The notes: generated by a model from the letters alone, not told the origin. A stretch of DNA of 64,000 bases from Thermoprotei archaeon (GCA_003649205.1 QMRC01000006.1:39757-103756), one strand, 5' to 3'; shown: positions 1 to 10,286, numbered from the stretch's first letter. A program made the numbers and translations.

Positions 1-86
1 CAGAAGAAACACCTGTAGTTGCACCTAGAGGTAATGGAGATCCTCATATGAGTTAGAGGTCTACCATATACATCGATGAGTACCAT
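1..86 (-). CDS. moaA: GTP 3',8-cyclase MoaA, 5' end (runs off window)
   Basis: Hand translation MVLIDVYGRPLTHMRISITSRCNYRCFFC matches the MoaA N-terminus (D.YGR, R.S.T..CN.RC..C); GGAGG RBS upstream; follows two moeA genes. Confidence 0.9.
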   Translation of the reverse strand, partial: MVLIDVYGRPLTHMRISITSRCNYRCFF

Positions 87-158
87 GGTGCTGTCCTCCT
101 TCAAGCACTCACAACATAGACCAAGCTACAATGTAAAAAATAAGTATTAACGCAATTG

Positions 159-2135
159 CTAGGCTTCAAAGATCACGGTACCAGTATCCCTATGCACCTT
201 GTAACCCGAGTACTCCCTTATTAATTCTTTAAATGCGGAACTACCCATGAACTCTACCACATTCCTAATGTATTTCTCGCTCATAGCTGATCTACTGATG
301 ACTAAGTCAAAAACCTCATCTGCTACGTACTTGAAGCCTAGACCATACTTCTCAGCTACGTACCTTATACCGAATCCAACATCTGCTCTACCCTGTGCTA
401 TCGCAATTGCAACAGCTTCATGAGTAGTGAACTCTACGTGGAATCCCTTAATCCTAGAAGCTAGTTCCTTAGGCTCCATACCTAGTTCCTCAGCTTCTTT
501 ACGTAGGATCTCCTCGATCAGTACTCTAGTACCGGAACCTCGATTCCTATTTACAAATCTCAAACCCAAATCCACTATATCTCTGAATGAGCTCACCTTA
601 CCCGCCAGATCCCTTCTAAATATGAAACCTTGCTCCCTAACGTAACCTCTAACGACAACGACATCACGTAGACCTAACCTACGTACGTACGGTACATTGA
701 ACTCCATAGTCTCCGGATCTAGGAGATGTGAACCAGCCACATCACAGCCACCATGGAGAAGTGCTCTAAGACCTCCTAAACTACCTACGTAAATCAGCTT
801 TACATTAGGACCTAGGACCTTTCTAAGGATCCTCTCAGCTAACGGACAGTGACTACCGATGTACAGTACGTCACTTATGCTAAGTTGCTGATTTATGAGA
901 ATTACGTCAACCAACGTACCGCGTTTAATGACTTCAGTACTCGGTTCAGTAAGGATAAAACCATCACAAGAGAGAAAGTGAGCTATCGAGCTACTCTTGA
1001 TCGGTATTGGGTACGCAAGTAATTCATTTCCACGTCTACTCACTACTACTGGCACTACACGTCTAAAACCAATTATTCCCCTCACTTCTGTTAGTAACCT
1101 AGCTCTCACAGTAGGTCCTTCTGAAGAGAATCTCGCACCAGCAAGCTTCATGAGAACTGGCTCAACAACTAGCCTATAGGCTATGTAGCATGATACTGGG
1201 AAACCTGGTAGACCAAAAACTACCTTATCACCTACCACAGCTACAATAGTTGGCTTACCAGGTCTAAGCTTAACACCGTGAGCTACTATGCCTGGTTCAT
1301 ACTGACTTAGTACTCTGTAGGTTATGTCATCTACCCCTGCTGAAGTACCAGCAATGATGAGAACTGCATCCACTTCATCAAGTACTTCGTCTAAAACTGC
1401 TTTGAGCTTACTAACCTCATCAGGGACAATACCTTTGAGTACGTAAGTGAAACACCTCCTGCTAGTGAGTAATGAAGCTAGTAGGTAAGTATCTACATCG
1501 TATATACACCAAGATTCCAGCTCTGTTCCTGGAGGTCGAATTTCCCTACCTGTTGCTATGATAGCAACACGAACGCGCTGAAATACCTTAACCTTCCTGA
1601 TACCTGTTGCAGCAAATAACGCTACATGTGCTGGAGTAATAACCGTACCTCTCTCAGCAAGTAGCTGCCCTCTGACAACGTCTGAAGCGGCAAAATCAAT
1701 GTTCTCACCAGGTGCCACTCTACGGCGAATGAATACAGTATCGTTACTCACTTCATCACAATACTCAACAGGTACTACAGCATCTGCTGGGTACGGTATA
1801 GGTGCACCAGTTGCTACTTCAACACATTCACCTCTACTGAAGGTAGGTGGTTGAGAAGCAACACCAATACGAGCGATAACCCTCAGAGGTACAGGTCTAT
1901 CCTCCTGCGCTCTCGCAACGTCAAGAGCACACACAGCATAACCATCAACTAAACTCCTATCGAAGGGAGGTACATCAGAAGGGGCGTAGACATCTTCAGC
2001 TAGGACCCTACCAATGGCATCCTCAATAGGTACCTCCTCAATACCCTTTGGAGATAACCTAACATACCTCTCCACTATATCGAGTACCTCTCTGTAATCA
2101 ACTAACCTGTGGAAGACCTTCCTCGACATGACCAT
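159..2135 (-). CDS. moeA: Molybdopterin molybdenumtransferase MoeA fused to a C-terminal periplasmic-binding (PBP) domain
   Basis: PPFDRSLVDGYA, VATGAPIP, PGKPT, GLPGFPVS motifs; C-terminal GSLGGL and NRNRGSGTR PBP motifs. Confidence 0.93.
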   Translation of the reverse strand: MVMSRKVFHRLVDYREVLDIVERYVRLSPKGIEEVPIEDAIGRVLAEDVYAPSDVPPFDRSLVDGYAVCALDVARAQEDRPVPLRVIARIGVASQPPTFSRGECVEVATGAPIPYPADAVVPVEYCDEVSNDTVFIRRRVAPGENIDFAASDVVRGQLLAERGTVITPAHVALFAATGIRKVKVFQRVRVAIIATGREIRPPGTELESWCIYDVDTYLLASLLTSRRCFTYVLKGIVPDEVSKLKAVLDEVLDEVDAVLIIAGTSAGVDDITYRVLSQYEPGIVAHGVKLRPGKPTIVAVVGDKVVFGLPGFPVSCYIAYRLVVEPVLMKLAGARFSSEGPTVRARLLTEVRGIIGFRRVVPVVVSRRGNELLAYPIPIKSSSIAHFLSCDGFILTEPSTEVIKRGTLVDVILINQQLSISDVLYIGSHCPLAERILRKVLGPNVKLIYVGSLGGLRALLHGGCDVAGSHLLDPETMEFNVPYVRRLGLRDVVVVRGYVREQGFIFRRDLAGKVSSFRDIVDLGLRFVNRNRGSGTRVLIEEILRKEAEELGMEPKELASRIKGFHVEFTTHEAVAIAIAQGRADVGFGIRYVAEKYGLGFKYVADEVFDLVISRSAMSEKYIRNVVEFMGSSAFKELIREYSGYKVHRDTGTVIFEA

Positions 2136-3360
2136 AGAGAGTCACCTCAACAACATCACCAACATCATAACCCTCAACATCTTCAGGAACAACGAGGTAC
2201 CCATTACCTAGGACCAAGCTACGTAGTGACCCAGAACCACCGACCATGATGGGCTCAATAAAGTACTCACTACTAATACGACGAACAATAACGCGAACAA
2301 AGCACCTATAACCAACAACACCAGCAACCTTCTTAACCAACTTACCACGAACAACAGCTCTAGGAGGAGCTCTAACACCTAACCACTTGATTAAGATACT
2401 CCTCAAAATAAGCTCTAGAACAGCTAACGCAGCAACAGGTAGACCACTCATAGCAATAACCAACCTACCATCAACAGAGCTGACACAGGTAGTCCTTCCA
2501 GGTCTAATAGCTAGTCCATGCACCATGTACTCAGGTTCAAGCAACTTAATAGCCTTAACGCTGTAGTCCTTCCTACCTAGAGCAGTACCACCCACAATCA
2601 GCACCACGGAGTAATCACGAGAAATAAACTCTTTGACCTTACTAACAATTATACTCGTGTCATCAGGTACTACACAGGTAGTAACCTCAGTAAACCAGTT
2701 CTCACGTAGCCAACCAACGATCAGCCACATGGTGTAAGGTATTGCTAGACTTCGAACAAACTCGTCACCAGTAATGACAACACCGCACTTAAGGTCGTAG
2801 ACCTCAATTGAGGAAAGACCTTGTGAGGAGAGAGCAGCTAGGTGCCAAGGCCTAATGACATCACCTACACTTACTATGGTATCCCCAGTACTAAGCTCCT
2901 CCCCAACCAGAGACACATTACCGTACTTCGGAACACTGCGGTACACAGCAACAGTACCATCAGCAACCTCAACATCCTCAAGCCTAACAACAGCATCTGC
3001 ACCACGAGGAAGGTAACCACCAGTCTCTATCAAGACACACTCACCTTCACGAAGCTCAAAATTAGGAAGTTCACATGCGTGAACTACCTCATTACTCCTT
3101 AACTTAAGGTAGATGGGATTCACCTCACTAGCATGAGCAACATCACTAGACCTAACAGCAACACCATCCATAGTAGCCTTTAGGTGGGGCGGTATAGGTT
3201 TGCTACAGGTAATCGTACAGCTAGACACCTTACCCAATGCATGTAGTAGATCTAGAGTACATGAAGGAGGTAAATGTAGATACTTCACAACTTCACTAAC
3301 CACCTCATCAACTCTAGCGAATCTACCTAGTACCTCCACACCAACCCCCCTACCTAACAA
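2098..3360 (-). CDS. moeA: Molybdopterin molybdenumtransferase MoeA paralog
   Basis: ATMDGVAVRS, IETGGYLPRGADAVV, ITGDE, RPGR, SGLPVA motifs. Confidence 0.9.
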   Translation of the reverse strand: MLGRGVGVEVLGRFARVDEVVSEVVKYLHLPPSCTLDLLHALGKVSSCTITCSKPIPPHLKATMDGVAVRSSDVAHASEVNPIYLKLRSNEVVHACELPNFELREGECVLIETGGYLPRGADAVVRLEDVEVADGTVAVYRSVPKYGNVSLVGEELSTGDTIVSVGDVIRPWHLAALSSQGLSSIEVYDLKCGVVITGDEFVRSLAIPYTMWLIVGWLRENWFTEVTTCVVPDDTSIIVSKVKEFISRDYSVVLIVGGTALGRKDYSVKAIKLLEPEYMVHGLAIRPGRTTCVSSVDGRLVIAMSGLPVAALAVLELILRSILIKWLGVRAPPRAVVRGKLVKKVAGVVGYRCFVRVIVRRISSEYFIEPIMVGGSGSLRSLVLGNGYLVVPEDVEGYDVGDVVEVTLYGHVEEGLPQVS

Positions 3361-3920
3361 TCCTCAATCCTCACACTACCTACAGGTCTCAACTCTAAAG
3401 CCTTTGGATTAGCTGGACATGAACGTACACAGTGACCACAGCCAACACAACGACTCTGATCAATTACAGGACCTGAAGAACCTTTGGAAAAAGCGTTGAG
3501 AGGACAAACCTCAACACAGACAAAGCATTCACCACCTCTAAAGGCAATACACCTCTCTGGAAACCACACAACACTACCCAACTTAACTCTCGAGCTAATC
3601 TGCTTGAGAGCACCAGTTGGGCATGCAGAAGTACAGGGATATGGAGGAGAACAAACACCAATCGATATACCACAGAAACCTCTAGCTACATCGAGTTTGG
3701 GTGTCCTCCATATTTTCAAACCATCTCGTAATGACGTGAAGGTCAGGACCCCAGTTCCATACACCTTACAGGCCTCAATGCAGTGGCCACAGCCAATACA
3801 TAACTTGAGAAATTTATCCTCTACAACAGCGCCTGGAGGTCTAATGACCGGTTTGCAGGGAAATAGCTTACCAATTGCTCGAACAATCCTGATGAGAACT
3901 CTCATAGCTATGGAAGACAT
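3354..3920 (-). CDS. 4Fe-4S multicluster protein (NapG/MauM-like)
   Basis: IRPPGA, CIGCGHC, C..ACPTGAL, CFVCVEVCP, CVGCGHC...CP motifs. Confidence 0.85.
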   Translation of the reverse strand: MSSIAMRVLIRIVRAIGKLFPCKPVIRPPGAVVEDKFLKLCIGCGHCIEACKVYGTGVLTFTSLRDGLKIWRTPKLDVARGFCGISIGVCSPPYPCTSACPTGALKQISSRVKLGSVVWFPERCIAFRGGECFVCVEVCPLNAFSKGSSGPVIDQSRCVGCGHCVRSCPANPKALELRPVGSVRIEDC

Positions 3921-4846
3921 AGGTCAATTACCTCGATCTCATCTACATTACATGTACCCACTCCTCTCTCAGCAGCATACTTAATGTGCTTAACCTCTAA
4001 TGCCTTCTCTAGCGGGTTGGCACATCCCTCTAATTCGAAGAGATACGTAGCAGCTATCAAATCTGCCGCAACAGGATCACCAGACACAAAGATAGTATTC
4101 GCTTTGACGAGATTACCGTGCTGTGGTCCGTGACGTATCATGACTTCAGTAGCATCAATGACGACTAGATCAGGTCTAATAGCTGTATTCAGATCTGCAA
4201 TGCAGCTACTGAGACCAGCTAAGTGGAAGAGAGATTTCTCACTATCCGGTATAGCCCCCATCATGTTCTTCAGCGATATTGTGACTGTTGCCTCGACATG
4301 TCTCTTGAGCTTTGGTACTGATATCAGTACGTCACAGTCGTAGACCTCCTTATACACTTTAACACTCCTCAACGCACCCCCTCTCGTAGACACCTTAATT
4401 GGGTGACCAGATCTCTTCAGGTCAATTAGCTCAACACCTAACTCCTTAGCTAGCTCATGGTAACCACATAGCTTGAAACAAAGTGAAGTATCTAGACCAC
4501 TTACAGCGCTCTCTGCAATGACTATATTAACATCGCTAACCTCGCTCTTTATCAACTCAATCAAAGCCCTAACAACTGCTGGATTAGTCACAGCATCCAA
4601 CTTAGCGAAACCAACATTTGGTTTAATGACAACTCTATCACCAGACCTAATTAACTTAGATAAACCACCAAGAACCTCAAAACAGGACCTCAAACCGCTT
4701 CTGATATCAGTACTACGGACCTTAGCAACTAGAACCCTTCCATCCCTAATGTAGGGATTTAACCTACCTACTCTCGGTGGAAGAACAGTAGACCCACTAA
4801 CCCTAACGTAATTCAGTACCTTTCTCAGAAAGTAACCACAACACAC
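3908..4846 (-). CDS. DUF362 family protein
   Basis: VVIKPNV, TNP, ISVPKLKRH, LKNMMG, DPVAAD motifs. Confidence 0.88.
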   Translation of the reverse strand: MCCGYFLRKVLNYVRVSGSTVLPPRVGRLNPYIRDGRVLVAKVRSTDIRSGLRSCFEVLGGLSKLIRSGDRVVIKPNVGFAKLDAVTNPAVVRALIELIKSEVSDVNIVIAESAVSGLDTSLCFKLCGYHELAKELGVELIDLKRSGHPIKVSTRGGALRSVKVYKEVYDCDVLISVPKLKRHVEATVTISLKNMMGAIPDSEKSLFHLAGLSSCIADLNTAIRPDLVVIDATEVMIRHGPQHGNLVKANTIFVSGDPVAADLIAATYLFELEGCANPLEKALEVKHIKYAAERGVGTCNVDEIEVIDLCLP

Positions 4847-4949
4847 AACAAAACACCACTCAAAAATGATACAGCACTAACAACTCAATAACTTATCGAC
4901 TTAGTAAATCAGTAATCAGAGCCCCATATCGAGAGTAAAACTCAACATA

Positions 4950-5540
4950 CTCATCGAGAGTACGGCAGAATGGCAGCAGTGGCTTCTCAACATAACAGCT
5001 ATTAAAGCTGTAGACGATACTTAAGGGCATCCAGATTTAGGACGCAATTCAGACTTAAGGCCGTGAATAAATCCATCAATGACCTTAACACATTCCGTAT
5101 ATGTAGTACATACGCCAAGGCCTTGTCACTACGTACCCAACCCTCCAATAGTCAGTACCGAAGAACAGAACCCTACCATCAACACCACGAAGCACAGTAA
5201 CAACAGGAATACCCAACGTAAATTCTTCTGTAATCTTGGATGAGGTTCAAGTACTAAGAAAACAGCACAACACCACCAATGTAGGTACCTTAAGCGATTT
5301 CAGAATAGACCTTGATTAACGGCACTTACACTACGTGAAGACCACGTAATGAGGTCTACACCAAGTTCTTTAGCAATTTTCATAGCACCTAACTCAATAA
5401 ACTTTAGATACACTCACGTGAAGTACTGATTTGACAAGTGGTGACAAGTCTCTACTCTCTGCTAATGTGCTTGAGAATTTTGAGGAGCACTATGAGTAGG
5501 ATCACTGATCATTAATGTAGTTGGTTTTAGTTTCCTCATG
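4950..5540 (-). pseudogene. Degenerate DUF362 paralog remnant (boundaries approximate)
   Basis: Minus-strand fragment IELGAMKIAKELGVDLI (~5350-5398) resembles GYHELAKELGVELI of the neighbouring gene; VKVIDGFIHG further on; interrupted by stops. Confidence 0.5.
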
Positions 5541-5666
5541 TACCCTCAATCCGCGAAGGTACGTACTATCGTGCCTATCCTTAGCGTTGCACCATTACCC
5601 AATATGAGCGATAACTTAATTTGTAGGATCTCTAGAGCACGTGTTTTCGTCTATTTAGGGTAGGTA

Positions 5667-7007
5667 GTGCACTTTATGAGATTTGGAGAGAAGCTAGGTG
5701 CGCTCTTAATGGTTGAAGCTGCATTTGCTGGAGCATACGTTAGCATTACTCGTGGTTTCTTCTACTTGATGATGGTTGAACGTGGTTATAGTGTTAGGGA
5801 TCTAGCTGTAGTTAGCCTAGTGGCTTCACTATCTATGGTGCTTGTGAGCTACCTACTGTACAGGAGACCTGAGCTACTTGAGAGAAGCGTCAAGGTTAAA
5901 CTCCTCACCATGCACATACTCGAGAGAATTTTCTGGTGCATTCTACCATTCATAGTGTTTAGATTTAGCTACATGTTTATCCTCCTAGCTTACTCACTAG
6001 CACAGGTCATTACTGTACCTGTGTGCGTGCTGCTGAATACTGTGTTACTCTCTCAGCTAAGTGAGGACGAGTTCAAGAGCGTTACTGGGTGGAGGAATTC
6101 CCTTGGCCTAATCTCGTCATTAAGTGCTCAGCTATTGGCGGTCCACGTGTTAGCATCTATGAGGAGTCCAGTACGGTACTACTACCTTTACACAATTGCT
6201 CTACTCCTTGGCTTCCTCTCATGGATTCCACTTACTATTGCTAGAGTTAGGGACTATGTGAGGAAGGTTAGTGGTTACTCTAGTGAGGAGGTTGAGGTTA
6301 TTGCTGGTACTACGTTCATATACTTGGTCCTTCTACTTGGATCAGCTAACATGCTCAGCATCCTCTGGGTACCATATCTGGTGAATGACCTAGGTGCACC
6401 GAGCTACCTAGTAGCTATCATGAACGCTGCTGGTACGATCTCTGGTTCCATATCGTCAGTTCTCTGGATTAGAGTTGTGTACAGGTACTATCTCTGTGGA
6501 CTAGTTATTGACTCAGCTGTACCAACCTTAGTCATGACATTACCACCAATATTCCATCCAGCTCTAGCTGGGCTCTCAGCTTTTGGCTTTACAGCAGGTA
6601 ACTTCATTGGCTACTTCATGTACTCGAAGATAGCGGAGAAAAGCGACCCCATAAAGAACTCCACTAGGTTAGCTGCTGCTAATGCACTGGGTCTCCTAAT
6701 ATCATTGATACCAGTTGCTATCTTGAATTTGAGCGCTAGGGATGGACTAATTCTCTGTAGTTGCTTGAAGGTACTAGCTCTCGTAATTGCTCTGCTGAGT
6801 ATTAAGGAAGTATCGCCACTTCCTGATCCACGTATCAGGACTTATAGTAAGGTAATCTTCGAGACAGGTATGTTCTCATACAGGTTAACGCTCGAATTCA
6901 CTACTCACTACGTACTATATACCTTGAAGATAGTAGCTGTTGTCCTTATAATGCTCTTCATGTACTTCATCTACAGGACAGTTACCATACTGATTAGTGG
7001 TGCGTAG
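5667..7007 (+). CDS. MFS-type multi-pass membrane transporter
   Basis: About 12 hydrophobic segments in 446 aa. Confidence 0.65.
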   Translation: MHFMRFGEKLGALLMVEAAFAGAYVSITRGFFYLMMVERGYSVRDLAVVSLVASLSMVLVSYLLYRRPELLERSVKVKLLTMHILERIFWCILPFIVFRFSYMFILLAYSLAQVITVPVCVLLNTVLLSQLSEDEFKSVTGWRNSLGLISSLSAQLLAVHVLASMRSPVRYYYLYTIALLLGFLSWIPLTIARVRDYVRKVSGYSSEEVEVIAGTTFIYLVLLLGSANMLSILWVPYLVNDLGAPSYLVAIMNAAGTISGSISSVLWIRVVYRYYLCGLVIDSAVPTLVMTLPPIFHPALAGLSAFGFTAGNFIGYFMYSKIAEKSDPIKNSTRLAAANALGLLISLIPVAILNLSARDGLILCSCLKVLALVIALLSIKEVSPLPDPRIRTYSKVIFETGMFSYRLTLEFTTHYVLYTLKIVAVVLIMLFMYFIYRTVTILISGA

Positions 7008-7668
7008 TATGGAGTTATTGAACATGAGCAATGGCGAGGTAGCATTTGAGAGAATAATTCAAGCATTTAAGTTGGCACTAAATGAATTGATAGCACTGGT
7101 ACCTGTAGTACTAGCATCTGTCCTCATAGTTGCACTCATGCTAGTAATTGCTAAGTACGTAGGTTCTCTTGTCAAGAGGATACTGAAGGTAGTTGGTCTA
7201 GATAGGATACTTGAGAGGTACGTAGGTACACCACCGATATCTGTCGAGAACTTCATCGTCGTATTCATACAGCTGGGCTTCGTAATACTTGGCGTAACAA
7301 TATCCGTGACAGTATTCGCACCTGAGTACCTAGCTACCTACAACATGTACCTATCCTATATACTGAGGTTGATGTCGGCTGTAGCACTCATAATAATAAC
7401 GCTCTTCTGGATAGAGGTACTAGTGAATAAGATTCGTGGTGAGAGCAAGGTAAAGGCATTTGCCTCACTAATAGCCTTCCTCCTAATACTCACCTTCATA
7501 ATCGACGTAACAGCACTATCTGAAAGCGTTAAGTCATCACTCGTATTCGGAATATCCCTTGGACTTGGATTGACAATAGGAGTATTCTCCATATGGTACT
7601 TCATGCATGAATACCTTGAGCACTACATCAGCAGAAAGCATGGAGAGAAAGAGGTCAGACAAGGCTGA
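6997..7668 (+). CDS. TM-helix-repeat membrane protein (MscS/CmpX-like); its 3' end and stop codon lie in the attL core
   Basis: LVPVVLASVLIV...GSLVKRILKVVGLDR pattern; about 5 TM segments. Confidence 0.65.
   Translation: MVRSMELLNMSNGEVAFERIIQAFKLALNELIALVPVVLASVLIVALMLVIAKYVGSLVKRILKVVGLDRILERYVGTPPISVENFIVVFIQLGFVILGVTISVTVFAPEYLATYNMYLSYILRLMSAVALIIITLFWIEVLVNKIRGESKVKAFASLIAFLLILTFIIDVTALSESVKSSLVFGISLGLGLTIGVFSIWYFMHEYLEHYISRKHGEKEVRQG
7652..7668 (+). repeat. attL core, 17-bp direct repeat AGGTCAGACAAGGCTGA
   Basis: Identical to 18439-18455; adjacent to the integrase; internal dyad TCAG-6nt-CTGA. Confidence 0.92.
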
Positions 7669-7678
7669 TTGAGTTCTC

Positions 7679-8842
7679 ATGGAAGAAATCACACCTGATA
7701 GCCCTATCTATCAGGTGAGAATAGGTCTCAATTCGATGGAGTTGCTGAAGCACTTTGAGAGTTGGTTAATTGCTCAGAACCTGTCCGTGGCTACGGTTAG
7801 GTCTCATGTTAGACAGGTTAGGTCTTTCCTCACGTGGTTTGGTAGGTCTATCGAGGATTTGAGTAGTTTCGATATTGCGTGTTACCTAGCTGAGTGCCGT
7901 AAGCGTGGTCTATCTGAGGCTAGTGTGAATCGCTATGCTTCTGCTCTCAAGAAATTCCTGAGGTTCCTAGCTAGTTACTTCAGAGCTAGGAGAAGGGTTG
8001 AGTTAGCTAATTACTTTGAGCAGGTGTACCGTGAGGTCAAGGTACCTAAGTACGACCTAGTTGAGGTCAGCATTAAGCGACACATGGAGCCTGATACAGC
8101 GAGGAAAGTCATAGACTTAATTCATGACCCCTACTGGAAGTGCTTTTTCGCTGTGCTGTATGAGACAGGTCTGAGGTTGAGGGAGCTTAGACAGGTCAAG
8201 GTAAGTGATGTTCACGAGAACAAGCACGGGTTCGAGATAGTTGTCAGAGATAGCAAGACACCTGAGGGAGTTAGGAAAGTGTACGTGGTTGAGTACTATC
8301 AGCTACTGAGGTACTACCTAGAGCATGTACGTCCGAGAGATAGCGAGTGGTTGTTCCCTGCTAGGAGAGACCCAAGGCAACCAATCTCCGAGAAAGCAAT
8401 CTACAGCTTTCTAAACCGCTTCAGAAAGCGGACAGGTATCGTGATTAGTCCACACCGCTTTAGACACGCTAGAGCTACTGAGCTTTACCGCAAGGGAGTA
8501 TCTGAGCAGTCGTTAATGAGGTTGTTTGGTTGGAGGACAAGGACAATGATTGATGTCTACAGTAAGCTTTCACAGCGAGATGTGGAGTCTGAGCTACTGA
8601 GCAAGGTCTACGGGCTATCCCCTGTAGAGAGTGAGAGGTCTCAGACTCGTAAGTGCCCGAGGTGTGGTGCTGAGGTAATACCCACAGCTAGGTACTGTCC
8701 ATACTGTGGTCTAGCCCTAGATATTGCGTCAGTATTAGGCAAAGAGGAACAGGTACGGAAATACGCAGAGCTCATTGAAGCACTGCTGAGGTACCTAGAG
8801 GAACACCCAGAGTACCTGTCGAAACTATTCTCAAGGACTTAA
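7679..8842 (+). CDS. Tyrosine integrase with C-terminal zinc ribbon (SNJ2/pNOB8-like architecture); start may be ATG 7736
   Basis: YETGLR (R), DSKT (K), HRFRH (HxxR), FGW, DVY (Y); C-terminal CPRCG...CPYCG. Confidence 0.93.
   Translation: MEEITPDSPIYQVRIGLNSMELLKHFESWLIAQNLSVATVRSHVRQVRSFLTWFGRSIEDLSSFDIACYLAECRKRGLSEASVNRYASALKKFLRFLASYFRARRRVELANYFEQVYREVKVPKYDLVEVSIKRHMEPDTARKVIDLIHDPYWKCFFAVLYETGLRLRELRQVKVSDVHENKHGFEIVVRDSKTPEGVRKVYVVEYYQLLRYYLEHVRPRDSEWLFPARRDPRQPISEKAIYSFLNRFRKRTGIVISPHRFRHARATELYRKGVSEQSLMRLFGWRTRTMIDVYSKLSQRDVESELLSKVYGLSPVESERSQTRKCPRCGAEVIPTARYCPYCGLALDIASVLGKEEQVRKYAELIEALLRYLEEHPEYLSKLFSRT
7692..7717. repeat. 10-bp inverted repeat CACCTGATAG/CTATCAGGTG beside attL
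   Basis: Perfect 10-bp arms with a 6-nt loop. Confidence 0.7.
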
Positions 8843-8995
8843 AAGCGGACATGAAACACAGGCAGAGAACACCAAGACCCGCCCTATAGTCCAGAGGAAA
8901 TGTTGCCTGAATTCAACAATAGTCTAATATGCGTATACGTGTGAGTGAACAGCGAGCGAGGTAATACACCACTTGAGGATGAATAGGGGCTCCTC

Positions 8996-9064
8996 GGGGG
9001 ATGATGAAGGGCTTAGCGGAGCGACCCCGCAAGGGGGTATGGCTGGACCAGGCTAGCTGACCCC
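8996..9064 (+). ncRNA. Provirus-encoded C/D-box-like sRNA candidate
   Basis: C box ATGATGA 9001-9007, D box CTGA 9057-9060, terminal GGGG/CCCC stem, internal CCCC-GCAA-GGGG hairpin; C'/D' boxes degenerate. Confidence 0.55.
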
Positions 9065-9078
9065 TACCCCCTCGCCCC

Positions 9079-9099
9079 GTGATAATGGGTTATTATCAC
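9079..9099. promoter_or_regulatory. Inverted repeat GTGATAAT-N5-ATTATCAC next to a TATA-like TATTTAAG
   Basis: Perfect 8-bp arms. Confidence 0.45.
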
Positions 9100-9186
9100 C
9101 AATATTTAAGTTTCTATGCAATTACAGTGAAATTACCATGGTTACTTTCTCGTGAGGGGGTTTAAGAACCCTTGATACGTCTTTGC

Positions 9187-9534
9187 TTAGCCTTTCTTTC
9201 TGATTAGTCCTCCTATTGCTCCTCCTATCATTGATAGGAATGCTGAGGCTAGCATCATGAATATTATTGCTAACCCTGCTAACCCACCTGCCCATGCTCC
9301 TAGGAATCCAGCTACTGAGAAGCCTAGTACTGTCAGCACTATTGCTGCTAGTATTCCTCCAATGATTCCACTGAGGAACCCTGCTGCTGCTCCTCTACCT
9401 GCTCCTCCTCCAGCTACTAGACCTGCTATGAAGCCTCCAAGTACTGGTGCGAAGATGTGTAGTATGGGTGAGAGTACGGCTGTAGCTAACATACCTGCAA
9501 AGACACCAGCTATGAAACTCAGTACACGACCCAT
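9187..9534 (-). CDS. Gly-rich small membrane protein (DUF5518-like)
   Basis: APVLGGFIAG...GAAAGFLSGIIGG...IGGAIGG pattern. Confidence 0.65.
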   Translation of the reverse strand: MGRVLSFIAGVFAGMLATAVLSPILHIFAPVLGGFIAGLVAGGGAGRGAAAGFLSGIIGGILAAIVLTVLGFSVAGFLGAWAGGLAGLAIIFMMLASAFLSMIGGAIGGLIRKKG

Positions 9535-9804
9535 GTAGGGAAAACCCCGAGGAAACCAGATACAGAGAGGACATAAAGCAGTTCAGAACATAGAGAGCAA
9601 TGAACCTAGCAACCTCAGAGGACAGAAAACAAGAACGCTCCTCCGGTCGGTGATGAATACTTGTACTTTTCTCTCGGTGACTTTCCTCAAGGCACTAAAT
9701 AAGAAATTGCTCTACTCTACAGTGGTATGGATTCTGAGGATTTTTGGATTGGTTTTCTCCTTGGTTACAGTACTGGTCTTATTCATGCGAAAAACTTAAC
9801 AACT

Positions 9805-10188
9805 TCAGAACTTGTCTTCAGGCTCATTTCCTGTTCCTTCATGCTCAGTGAGTTGTTGGGTACTAGACTTAATGAGTTCTTCAGCTCTTTGGAGAAGTTC
9901 AGCGACTTCACGACCCTTCTCAGTGAGCTCAATGTACCTAAGACCGTGCTTGGTATACGTCCTAACAAGACCGTACTGAAGACAGGTACTGAGGGCTCTG
10001 TAAGTACTGACAGGTGAGATACCGTATCTCTGAAGTTCTCTAATGTGCATAGCTCTACCTGTTTTGTGAAGAATTAGCAGCAATTTAATTCCCGGTCTAC
10101 CTAAGTCATCAGCTAGAGCTGACATTTTCCTCTGTCGTTTTCTGGTGATAAACCTAATAACGATATCTTCGAGCATTCGTAACCTCAT
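9805..10188 (-). CDS. Winged-helix DNA-binding protein (SSV1 F93-like); start may be 10125
   Basis: ISPVSTYRAL...GLV...RYIELTEKGREVAE wHTH signature. Confidence 0.75.
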   Translation of the reverse strand: MRLRMLEDIVIRFITRKRQRKMSALADDLGRPGIKLLLILHKTGRAMHIRELQRYGISPVSTYRALSTCLQYGLVRTYTKHGLRYIELTEKGREVAELLQRAEELIKSSTQQLTEHEGTGNEPEDKF

Positions 10189-10199
10189 TCTCAGTCTAT

Positions 10200-10286
10200 A
10201 CCCGATTTAGAGGTATCACGTAATAATATTACAACGCTATATCTCGAAACTGATAAATTGTTATAACGTTACAGAGTTGTAACAGG
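10200..10286. promoter_or_regulatory. Divergent promoter/operator region between the wHTH and RHH genes
   Basis: Dyads GTAATAATATTAC (10220-10232), GTTATAAC (10260-10267), GTTAC-N6-GTAAC (10268-10283). Confidence 0.55.

Noticed and set aside
8990-9075. Minus-strand tRNA gene (D-arm-like AGCTAGCCTGGTCCAGC, CTTGC loop)
   Set aside because: No T-arm (GTTCRA) and only a 5-nt anticodon loop, so not a functional tRNA; kept only as an alternative reading of the sRNA candidate.
9727-10017. Plus-strand 96-aa ORF
   Set aside because: Mostly antisense to the convincing wHTH gene. Its hydrophobic N-terminus (FWIGFLLG) is suggestive but not enough to call.
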